The notes beneath the pieces were generated by a model. The model saw nothing but the letters and a program-made list of their open reading frames with translations, was not told the DNA's origin and did not search any database. Both the position numbers and the translations under genes were made by a program. Positions 5,928 through 14,561 of a stretch of 17,563 nucleotides of DNA are shown piece by piece (the stretch's first letter is position 1; each line of letters starts with the position of its first letter). Source of the stretch: Hormoscilla sp. (GTDB lineage: Bacteria; Cyanobacteriota; Cyanobacteriia; Cyanobacteriales; Desertifilaceae). Location of the stretch: positions 1-17,563 of the forward strand of contig JBFRWI010000069.1 of the NCBI GenBank assembly GCA_051439505.1. The letters run 5' to 3'.

Positions 5928-6747
5928 CTAACTCTCAGTTTCTGACTGTTTTGGGGGCTTTTCAGCAGGGACAGCGGCCTGCTGAACGACCTCAACATCC
6001 AAGTCTAACGCCCTGGCGATTTGTTCGACAGTCAACCCGAGTGCTAAGAACCCAGGTACTCCTTCCAGCTTGCCTTCCAGCTTACCTTCTTCGAGACCTT
6101 CTTCCTTGCCTTCTTGATAAACCTTTGTCTGTTTTAAGTCACTCAATGCGAACATAGCTTCGATCTCCTCCCGACTTAACTCGGTAAACTTATAAACCAG
6201 CGTGCTCTCTATCAATTCTATAACCTTCCGCTGGAAGGCTACATCGTCAACTGACTGCCTTGCTTTGATCATCAGTTTCTTAGTCAGTGGGACGGCCTCC
6301 TGGGAAGACCCTAGGGCCAACTGGACTATCCCCAAACCTAGGGATGGATCTGATGGTTTGGATAACTCCGACAAATACACCAGCTTCAATTTGGGAAGCA
6401 ACGCCTGATAGGGTATTGGCAGTCCTGGATCTAAACTCCGGGTGGCAAATACGGCCACTGCCAACCAATCGTTTTTCGGTTTGTACTGACCAATGTATGC
6501 GAATATTTCCGCAAAAAAACGCCAGTAGAAATCTTCATTGGGCTGAAACTGGACTTCTAGAAAGTAGATGGGTTTGTCAATCTTTTCAGAATCAGGCAAA
6601 AATATACCATCGAAGCTGTGCCATTTCTTTGATTTCTCGGGATGAAAACTCATACCCTTTAGCGGTAGATGGCGAGGTACCCAGCAGTTCAAACAACAGG
6701 CCGGGAAATGTTTGAAAGAGTTTGTAAAATAGGGTGTATGTTCTCAC
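5928..6747 (-). pseudogene. Rpn family recombination-promoting nuclease/putative transposase (DUF2887-type PD-(D/E)XK), frameshifted
   Basis: GTG at 6747 with an AGGAG RBS gives MRTYTLFYKLFQTFPGLLFELLGTSPSTAKGYEFSSREIKEMA. The frame then shifts near 6618 into SFDGIFLP...PIYFLEVQFQ...LKQTKVYQEGKEEGLEEGKLEGKLE. The first ~25 aa of the ORF track protein are out-of-frame sequence. Confidence 0.85.
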
Positions 6748-6851
6748 CGTTACTCCTTTTTTTCTAGCTATTATAGTTTAACATATTTTTAGATAATTTG
6801 CTTTTATATAGAAAAATAAATTAGTAAGCGATCGGTCATACTGCAAAAATT

Positions 6852-6886
6852 CAGAAACAAGGTTTGTTGGAAAAACCTTATTTCTG
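6852..6886. terminator. Hairpin (degenerate AGAAACC.GGTTTCT-family repeat) just downstream of the GNAT gene; possible terminator or mRNA stabiliser
   Basis: CAGAAACAAGGTTT and AAACCTTATTTCTG are complementary at 13/14 positions, and the hairpin lies 23 nt past the stop at 6910. Confidence 0.5.
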
Positions 6887-6909
6887 GGTTACTTCTAGAT
6901 AATCACCAA

Positions 6910-8088
6910 TCACTCCCGTTTACTAAAGGGCAATTCTTGGTTAATAGCCTCAATTTGCTCTTGTTCCATTTCATTAATTTGGGCGATGTGGGTACGCAGA
7001 ATTTGCATCAGACGTTGATTATAAAAGCGGTGCAAGCTATGATGGGGGGTGGCGGGAAAGCCGCGACGCTTTTTGTGACTCCCGCCCGCACCCGGGTCAA
7101 ACATTTGAATGCCCCGCGCGATCGCCCATTCAATAGGAGAGTAATAGCAAGCATTAAAATGCAGGCAGTCGTATTCGGAAAAACTGCCCCAATAGCGCCC
7201 GTACAGCCGATCGCCCTTAGTGATGCAAAAAGACATTCCTACTGGATGGCGATCGTCCCCTTCCCGGTATGCGGCGGCCAATACGACGCGATGGCGATAA
7301 TTGTGATATAATTTCTCAAAGAAGTCCTTAGTCAAATACTTGCTTCCCCACCAGCCAAACTGATCGCAATGGTGGCTGTAAAAATCGTACATTAAGAGAA
7401 GCAGAGAGTGAGGAATATCATCGCCCGCGTGCATTTTGATGTGCAAACCTGATTTTGATAAGGCTTTTCGTTCCCGCTTGATATTCCGGCGCTGATTGGC
7501 ATTGAACATGCCTAAATAATCATCAAAGGTCTGAAAGCCTTGATTTTGCCAAATACTGTTGTGATGCAGCCAGCCAGAAAAGCCGTGGCCTTCGAGGCGC
7601 GATCGCCATTCGGGGTCAACATAGAGGAAGTTACAGCCAGAGATATTGTGGCGATCGCAAAAATGGTCGATCGCCGCTACCATCAACTCCGTCAGTTCCT
7701 CTTCATCTTCACCATCGGCAATCAAAAAGCGATAGCCCACCGCTGGGGTAAAGGGACTCATACCTAGCAGTTTCGGGTAATATTCAATCCCCAACCGATA
7801 GGCTAAATCGGCCCATTGGTGGTCGAACACGAATTCTCCATAGCTGTGACCCTTGACATAAAGGGGCGCGGCTGCTATAAGTTGTTTATCCCGCCACACT
7901 GTCAGATGGCAGGGTTGCCAACCCGCCCGTGCCACCGCACTACCAGACGCCTCCATATTGTGCAACCAATCCCATTCAAAAAACGGCGTCTTCAGGGGTT
8001 GGGCTAGGGTATCCCACTCAGCCTGGGGGATTTCGGCGATTTTGTCAATCCAGGTAACTCTAATTTGAGGCGAGATTTGTTTCACCAT
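6910..8088 (-). CDS. GNAT-fold FemAB-like protein (DUF482 family)
   Basis: Motifs AAAPLYVKGHSYGEFVFDHQWA, YYPKLLGMSPFTP, LYGRYWG, LHFNACYY and FDPGAGG.HK.RRGF. The start is probably ATG 8088 (MVKQ); 8130 is the alternative. Confidence 0.9.
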   Translation of the reverse strand: MVKQISPQIRVTWIDKIAEIPQAEWDTLAQPLKTPFFEWDWLHNMEASGSAVARAGWQPCHLTVWRDKQLIAAAPLYVKGHSYGEFVFDHQWADLAYRLGIEYYPKLLGMSPFTPAVGYRFLIADGEDEEELTELMVAAIDHFCDRHNISGCNFLYVDPEWRSRLEGHGFSGWLHHNSIWQNQGFQTFDDYLGMFNANQRRNIKRERKALSKSGLHIKMHAGDDIPHSLLLLMYDFYSHHCDQFGWWGSKYLTKDFFEKLYHNYRHRVVLAAAYREGDDRHPVGMSFCITKGDRLYGRYWGSFSEYDCLHFNACYYSPIEWAIARGIQMFDPGAGGSHKKRRGFPATPHHSLHRFYNQRLMQILRTHIAQINEMEQEQIEAINQELPFSKRE

Positions 8089-8163
8089 AGGGACTCTCTG
8101 GGAGAAAAACTTGAACAATCGATCTTTCATGAGAAAAAGTATAGCTATTTTAGCTTCAACTAT

Positions 8164-8901
8164 TCAAGATGTTTTGTTTGTTGCCGATCTTTTTATGCTA
8201 TAATGCAGAAAGACCTCCTGTTCGATAGTATCAACAGATAGCAAATTCAAATGTAAAGCTGATAACAATCCTGCACCATCCACAGGGGTGGGTGCATCTG
8301 CGCCACCCAAAATTAAGGGACAAACGGTCAGCCATAATTCATCTATCACGTCAGCAGCTAGCAGCGAGGCGACCAATTCCCCGCCTCCCAGAATTGCTAA
8401 ACGTTTTAACTCCAACTGCCCTAGCTGACGGAAAGCTTCAACCCAATCAATCCCTTGATTCCCCATTTTCGCAATGATAATCTTTTCAAACTCAGATCCC
8501 GTACCATTGGTGACAGAGGACTCCCGATCGCCATGCCAATGTTGAGCACCAGCAGCGGTTGTTAGTAACCAGCGGGGTACGGGTTGCTGGAAAAAACGGA
8601 AAGAAGAGTCAATATTACCCGATTGAGATACCAGTATTTGCACTGGTTGGGGTGGTTTGCCCTCTGCTTCTCGCTGCTGCAATAGCTTGGGGTTAGCAAT
8701 GGGCATCGTTGTCCCATAGGCCCGGAGAGTACCCGCTCCAAATAATACTCCATCGGCGATCGCAATTTGTTTTTGCAAATGCGCTTTGTCTGCTGCTGAA
8801 CCGAAACGGGCAGGTTCGCGCCCCACATCGGATATCTTACCATCAGCGCTCATGGCAAGTACAATTGTCCCGTGGGGTTTGCTAAACTGAGTTTTTCTCA
8901 T
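8164..8901 (-). CDS. RibD C-terminal domain (DHFR-like) reductase family protein
   Basis: Motifs LAMSADGKI, DGVLFGAGTLRA, LGGGELVASLL and DELWLTVCPLILGG..APTP. There is no deaminase domain. The start is probably ATG 8901. Confidence 0.88.
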   Translation of the reverse strand: MRKTQFSKPHGTIVLAMSADGKISDVGREPARFGSAADKAHLQKQIAIADGVLFGAGTLRAYGTTMPIANPKLLQQREAEGKPPQPVQILVSQSGNIDSSFRFFQQPVPRWLLTTAAGAQHWHGDRESSVTNGTGSEFEKIIIAKMGNQGIDWVEAFRQLGQLELKRLAILGGGELVASLLAADVIDELWLTVCPLILGGADAPTPVDGAGLLSALHLNLLSVDTIEQEVFLHYSIKRSATNKTS

Positions 8902-9153
8902 ACCAGGCAATTAAGTAGTTGGCAGTCAGCAGTAAGTATACAAAATGACCAAAATTACCACCGATAAAGTATTGAAGATATATAGTTTAACAAAAATTTA
9001 GTTATTGCCAGCATTATTAGGCAAAAATACTTAAAAAATAAAAAGTGATTGTGAGTGTAGACATCGGCAACATCGTGAAGTACAATAGAAAGATGCAGTA
9101 ATAAAAGTAATATAGCGCTGAGGGTACATACTTAAGCAAAACAGCATAGCCAT

Positions 9154-12100
9154 ATGAATTTCAAATATTTGACTCGATCGCTCAGACAAGTTTCCGGGCA
9201 AGTCCCCCTCCGCATCATCCTCGTGGTGCCATTCGTGCTGGAAATATTCGGTACAGTCGGACTTGTAGGGTATCTTTCCTTTAGAAACGGCCAGGAGGCG
9301 GTAAACGACCTGGCCACTCAGTTGCGTAGGGAAATTACGACTCGCATAGAACAGCATCTGTTTAATTACTTAGAACAACCCCATTTGATTACCCAACTCA
9401 ACGCTGATGCAGCGGCGATCGGGGAATTGAATATCGATGATTTTCCGGGGGTCGCCCATCACTTCTGGCGACAGATGCAGCTATTCACTTTGATGCGCGA
9501 AATCTACTTGGGTGACGAGTCGGGTAAATTCCTCGGGGTACTGCGCAGAGAACAAAATAGCACATTTGAACTGAAAATTTCGGAGAATTTCCCCGAACGG
9601 AATTTTTATGGCCTCGATAGCCAAGGAGAACGGACTAAATTATTAAAAACGGACGCATCCTACGACGCTCGGATTCGCCCCTGGTATAAAGTCGCTCTCC
9701 AGCAGGGTAAACCCACTTGGAGTAAAGTATACACCTTTGTTGATAGCGGTACCCTAGGCATCACTGCCTCTCAGCCCTTCTGGGACCAAACAGGCAGGTT
9801 CCGTGGCATCATGGCTGTCAGTCTCAACCTCGGTCGTATTAGTGAATTCCTGCAAAGTATAGAAGTGAGTGCGTCGGGTCAGACTTTTATTATCGATCGG
9901 GCAGGGACGATCGTCGGCACTTCTACAGATGAGAAACCCTTCACCATCACCAAGGATAACAAACGAGAGCGAGTGCAAGCCATCGACAGCCAAAATCCCT
10001 TGACTGCTGCCACCGCTGCTTATTTGAGCGCACACTTTGGCGAACTGAGCGAGATTGCCAATGGAGAGCAACTCAGCTTTACAATGGAGGGCGATCGGCA
10101 ATTCGTGCAAGTGCAACCTTACCAGAATCCGCGAGGACTCGACTGGCTGATTGTGGTAGTGGTCCCGGAAACCGACTTCATGGCCCAAATTAATGCTAAT
10201 ACCCGTACCGCGATCGCACTATGTCTGGGGGCATTAGTAATAGCAATTATTCTGGGAATGCTCACGTCCCGTTGGATTGTGCAACCGATTCTCCAACTCA
10301 AGGATGCAGCAACGGCTCTATCCGCAGGAGAATTTGACCGGACAGTCAAGCTGGAAAGATCGGACGAACTGGGGGTGCTGGCCAAGGCTTTCAACAGCAT
10401 GGCGGATCAGTTGCAAGCATCTTTTACCACCCTGTCAGCTAAGAATGCCGAATTGCAGCGGTTGGACCAACTCAAAAACGAATTTCTCGCCAATACCTCC
10501 TACGAACTCCGCACCCCCTTGAATGGCATTATCGGCATTGCTGAATCTTTAATCGATGGTGCTGCTGGAGAATTGCCCATTAAGGCGAAAACTAACCTGA
10601 CGATGATTGTCTCCAGTGGCAGAAGACTGTCGAATCTGATTAACGATATCCTGGATTTTTCCAAGCTCAGACATCAACATATTGAACTGTTCCTCAAGCC
10701 AGTGGGAGTGCGAGAAATAGCTGAAGTGGTTCTCACTCTTTCCCAATCTCTAGTCGGGAAAAAAGACTTGCAGTTGATTAACTCCATCAGTGCCGATATT
10801 CCCTTGGTAGATGCCGATGAAAATCGCCTGCAACAGATTTTTTATAACTTAATCGGCAATGCTATTAAATTCACCGAATCTGGTCAAGTAGAAATCTCAG
10901 CTTCATTGATGAATGAGCAATGGGAGCGATCGCCAATGCTAGCCATTACAGTTACCGATACGGGAATTGGCATCCCCGCCGACAAATTAGACCGGATATT
11001 TGCATCCTTTGAACAAGGGGACGGTTCCACGGCGAGAACATACGGGGGTACGGGTTTGGGTTTGGCTGTCACCAAACAGTTAGTAGAATTGCACGGCGGC
11101 ACTATTCACGTGTCATCAACAATTGGGTCTGGTTCCCAGTTTACTTTCACCTTACCAGTCTCTGACAATAGCATCGATCGCACCTCAGATATCTCTACAA
11201 CTCTGGCCCTTGCCCAAATGATCGGCCAGGGTCGCCAAACCGAGACGATCTCAACGGGATCTCGCGCCGAGAGTGGAGACCTGAAAATTATGATTGTCGA
11301 TGACGAACCTGTCAACCTCCAGGTACTTGTCAATCACCTGGAATTGCAAAATTATGGCATCATTCAAGCCAGCAGCGGTCCAGAAGCCTTAGAAATCCTG
11401 GAAAAGGGTTATCATAAACCAGACCTGATCCTCCTGGACGTAATGATGCCCAGAATGACGGGCTATGAAGTGACCAGAAAAATCCGCGAAACATTTTCAG
11501 CAAGTGAATTACCGATCTTGTTGTTAACAGCAAAAAATCAAGTTTCTGACTTGGTAATCGGCTTGGAAGCGGGGGCCAATGATTATCTGACTAAGCCCAT
11601 TGCCAAGGACGAACTCCTCGCCCGCATCACAACCCATATTAATCTCGTGCGCCTGCGATCGGAAAATCTTCGCTTGGCTGCGGAATTAGATATAACGCGC
11701 CAACTGCAACAGATGCTTTTGCCAAAAGCACGAGAACTAGAGGAAATTGAAGGTTTAGAAATTGCGGGCTTTATGGAACCTGCCGACGAGGTAGGCGGCG
11801 ATTACTACGACGTCCTCAGTCACAATGGCAAAGTCAAAATAGGCATCGGTGACGTGACCGGACATGGCTTAGAAAGTGGCGTGTTGACGATCATGGCGCA
11901 AATGGCGGTCCGCACCCTGTTAACTAACAACGAAACTAATCCTACTCAATTTTTGAGCGTCCTTAACCAAGCCATCTACGGCAACGTCATGCGCATGAGT
12001 TCCGATAAACACATGACTCTCTCCTTGCTAGATTACGAAGGGGGAACTCTGTGCGTGACTGGCCAACATGAAGATATGATTGTGGTCCGTTCTGACGGTC

Positions 12101-12414
12101 GCACCGAGCAAATTGATACCCTAGATTTAGGCTTCCCCATTGCCCTAGAGGAAGATATTACGGATTTTGTGGGCGAAACTAGGGTGCATTTAAACTCAGG
12201 GGATGTGGTGGTGCTTTACACCGACGGCATTACCGAAGCCGAAAATTCCCAAAAAGAACTTTACGGACTGGAACGGTTAATTGCCGTCGTCAAGCATAAC
12301 AGGTGGCGATCGGCCTCCGAGATCCAGCAAGCAGTTGTTGATGACGTGCGGCAGCATATTGGCGACCACAAGGTTTACGATGACATTACTTTACTGGTAC
12401 TGAAGCAGAAGTAG
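9154..12414 (+). CDS. Membrane hybrid sensor: TM-dCache-TM-HAMP-HisKA-HATPase-REC-SpoIIE (PP2C) phosphatase; H-box His replaced by Tyr
   Basis: YDARIRPWY (Cache); DELGVLAKAFNSMA (HAMP); FLANTSYELRTPLNGI (H-box); NLIGNAIKFT, DTGIGI and GGTGLGL (N, G1 and G2 boxes); IVDDEPVN, LILLDVMMP and YLTKP (REC); EVGGDYYD, IGDVTGHG, LYTDGITEA and DDITL (SpoIIE). Confidence 0.93.
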   Translation: MNFKYLTRSLRQVSGQVPLRIILVVPFVLEIFGTVGLVGYLSFRNGQEAVNDLATQLRREITTRIEQHLFNYLEQPHLITQLNADAAAIGELNIDDFPGVAHHFWRQMQLFTLMREIYLGDESGKFLGVLRREQNSTFELKISENFPERNFYGLDSQGERTKLLKTDASYDARIRPWYKVALQQGKPTWSKVYTFVDSGTLGITASQPFWDQTGRFRGIMAVSLNLGRISEFLQSIEVSASGQTFIIDRAGTIVGTSTDEKPFTITKDNKRERVQAIDSQNPLTAATAAYLSAHFGELSEIANGEQLSFTMEGDRQFVQVQPYQNPRGLDWLIVVVVPETDFMAQINANTRTAIALCLGALVIAIILGMLTSRWIVQPILQLKDAATALSAGEFDRTVKLERSDELGVLAKAFNSMADQLQASFTTLSAKNAELQRLDQLKNEFLANTSYELRTPLNGIIGIAESLIDGAAGELPIKAKTNLTMIVSSGRRLSNLINDILDFSKLRHQHIELFLKPVGVREIAEVVLTLSQSLVGKKDLQLINSISADIPLVDADENRLQQIFYNLIGNAIKFTESGQVEISASLMNEQWERSPMLAITVTDTGIGIPADKLDRIFASFEQGDGSTARTYGGTGLGLAVTKQLVELHGGTIHVSSTIGSGSQFTFTLPVSDNSIDRTSDISTTLALAQMIGQGRQTETISTGSRAESGDLKIMIVDDEPVNLQVLVNHLELQNYGIIQASSGPEALEILEKGYHKPDLILLDVMMPRMTGYEVTRKIRETFSASELPILLLTAKNQVSDLVIGLEAGANDYLTKPIAKDELLARITTHINLVRLRSENLRLAAELDITRQLQQMLLPKARELEEIEGLEIAGFMEPADEVGGDYYDVLSHNGKVKIGIGDVTGHGLESGVLTIMAQMAVRTLLTNNETNPTQFLSVLNQAIYGNVMRMSSDKHMTLSLLDYEGGTLCVTGQHEDMIVVRSDGRTEQIDTLDLGFPIALEEDITDFVGETRVHLNSGDVVVLYTDGITEAENSQKELYGLERLIAVVKHNRWRSASEIQQAVVDDVRQHIGDHKVYDDITLLVLKQK

Positions 12415-12415
12415 T

Positions 12416-14368
12416 TTAGCGGGGAAACCAATGCAACTCGGTACCAGCAAAGCTGAGTTGGGATTGAGAACAGCCGCGCAAATGCGCAGCTAGCCGATCG
12501 CCCCCTAGAGGAGTCAGCAGGTAATCTTCCACCCCGAGATCTCGCTCAACCCAGTTCATACTCTGCCCAGCTTCCGCACTCAGAGCCACAATGGGAGCCG
12601 AGTTTAGCTGTGGGTGACGGCGCAGTTTCTGCGCCCAAGCTTTGCCCTCGACCGAGGAAACTTCCGCGTGAATCAGTACCATGTCTATAGTATCAGGTAA
12701 AGATTGGGGGATAATTTCTTCTGGCTGACTGACAAAGGTGACTGCAAACCCGTTGCGAGCGAACCATTTATCTAAGTTTTTGCAGTTATTCGGTAGAGCC
12801 CCGATGGCCAGTACCTGAGTTAATTCCACTTCATTTAAGCCCTTCTCCTGCTGGCGATCCTGCTGCCCAGTACCTTCGAGATCGCAGGGACAACTGGGGA
12901 GACTCCAAGCCGGATCTGAAGGCATGGGTATTGGTATCTGACAGCGGGCGCACTCGCTCACCGTGCAACTTCCCTCCAAAAAATTACCAAAGCAATAACT
13001 ATCTCCTTCCAGATAAAGTTCCCGGAAGTCCCGACGCTGCTGAAGCTGCTGCCAAAAATACTGAAAATCTTCGTGATATCCTTGGTAATCGTACACTTTT
13101 CCCTCAAATGCTAGAGGGCCACTCATGAGACTGAGAACAGTTTTCCCCCGACTCAGATAATAGGCCACATAGCTCATTAATAATGACTCCTCAGGTAGAA
13201 AAGGGCGCCGGAGACCTGCTGTTGAGTTCGGACCCGACTCTAAACCTGCGGGCTTTTTTTTTAGCTCTTCACCCCTTAAAATGGTGGTAACAGGATTGGA
13301 AATCTCCTCGAAGGCTGTCCAACGCTTTAATTCTTGGTGAGCCGCTGCCAACTGTTGATATAATACAGCTTGGTTGAGGCCCATGTCTAGTTGGTTGGCA
13401 ACAGTCCGCAGCCATTCAATCTCCGAGTCTTGCCACTCGTAGGCATCACTTGGCATGACTATAATTATTCCACCCCAAACTGATACCCCCAAGTGTAACG
13501 GTACTAGCAACCAAGTTCCGGTAAAAGTTTCAGCCAACTGGTCGGTATCAATGTCGTTATCATCACTGCGCACAATACTGTTGACTTTAGCAGGGAGGGC
13601 CCCGGCATGAATTTCCCGTCCCAGAGTCGCGGGCAATGCTGGATGGCTGCGAGACTCAGCTATATTCAACCACAGATGACTTTCATAGAGATATTGGAAG
13701 ATGTGAACGTACTCAGCTTGTAGGACTTGCAGCATTTCCGATACCGCCGTCGAAAATATGATCTCTAAATCGATCGAACTGCGGATGGCTTGAGTAATCA
13801 AATTCAGGGCTTGCTGCTGCCGACGTGATGCGTGCAATTTTTCTTCCGCGCGTTTCTGCTCGGTAATGTTAGTAACTATTACTAGCACTCCTGCGTATAT
13901 ATCCCCGGCATCAAAGATGGAATTAGTAGACAGATTCGCCCATACTTCCGAACCATCTCTGTGGCGGAATTTTAACTCCATTTCCCGATCTAGCCCTTGA
14001 CGACATTTCAGCAGATTTTCTGCTGCCTGCTGTTGATATTCCTCATCTATCAACATCAACAGCGGTATCCGCAGCATTGCCGAGGAGCTGTAGCCCAGCA
14101 TTTCTGTCATCCTGCCATTCACAAAAGCTGTATTCCCTTCTGGCGACAGCAGCAAACTCCCCTCTTTTGTGGTTTCAATAATCCGATCGTACATTTCCCC
14201 GCGATCGGGCAATACCCACCTTGACTCAGTCCGAAGCGCTAATTCAGTCTCGCGATTTTCTATCGCTGGCATTTCTTGATGACAGCTAATACAATACCAG
14301 AATTTTTTTTTGCGGCTAATGTGAAAAATGAGAGGTTGCGAACAGCAAGGACACAAATACCTAGTCAT
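12416..14368 (-). CDS. Multidomain signalling protein: N-terminal Cys-rich Zn ribbon, PAS/PAC, GAF, uncharacterised Cys-containing domain, atypical receiver domain
   Basis: CPCC...WYCISC at the N-terminus; FVNGRMTEMLGYS...FRHRDGSEVW...NITEQKRAEE (PAS/PAC); IRSSIDLEIIF...LLVPL...WQDSEIEWL..VANQL (GAF); CARC..CPC; and a REC-like C-terminus (PIVALSA...EDYLLTP). Confidence 0.85.
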   Translation of the reverse strand: MTRYLCPCCSQPLIFHISRKKKFWYCISCHQEMPAIENRETELALRTESRWVLPDRGEMYDRIIETTKEGSLLLSPEGNTAFVNGRMTEMLGYSSSAMLRIPLLMLIDEEYQQQAAENLLKCRQGLDREMELKFRHRDGSEVWANLSTNSIFDAGDIYAGVLVIVTNITEQKRAEEKLHASRRQQQALNLITQAIRSSIDLEIIFSTAVSEMLQVLQAEYVHIFQYLYESHLWLNIAESRSHPALPATLGREIHAGALPAKVNSIVRSDDNDIDTDQLAETFTGTWLLVPLHLGVSVWGGIIIVMPSDAYEWQDSEIEWLRTVANQLDMGLNQAVLYQQLAAAHQELKRWTAFEEISNPVTTILRGEELKKKPAGLESGPNSTAGLRRPFLPEESLLMSYVAYYLSRGKTVLSLMSGPLAFEGKVYDYQGYHEDFQYFWQQLQQRRDFRELYLEGDSYCFGNFLEGSCTVSECARCQIPIPMPSDPAWSLPSCPCDLEGTGQQDRQQEKGLNEVELTQVLAIGALPNNCKNLDKWFARNGFAVTFVSQPEEIIPQSLPDTIDMVLIHAEVSSVEGKAWAQKLRRHPQLNSAPIVALSAEAGQSMNWVERDLGVEDYLLTPLGGDRLAAHLRGCSQSQLSFAGTELHWFPR

Positions 14369-14561
14369 AACTAATTGAGCCTCTCTCTTTTATAAACTTT
14401 TACTTTTCCTTGGTCAAGGATGTCCCTAATAGCTGTAGATATTCGCTAATTGCACTTAACAATTAACTACCTCAACTATTTACATTCTAGCTCGGTACTT
14501 TGGTTTTGTTCACTTTTGGTAACAAAACTTAACTTTTGCTTCAAATTTCTACATAAATGAT

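Noticed and set aside
5928..6747. Insertion sequence built around the Rpn gene
   Set aside because: There are no matching terminal inverted repeats or target duplication. The two flanking hairpins belong to different repeat families.
13254..14311. Two A9 tracts on the coding strand (T9 at 13254-13262 and 14303-14311) as phase-variation switches
   Set aside because: Both are in frame and encode Lys runs. Nothing in a single sequence shows that they vary.
14519..14532. NtcA box (GTAACAAAACTTAA)
   Set aside because: The right half does not match GTA-N8-TAC.
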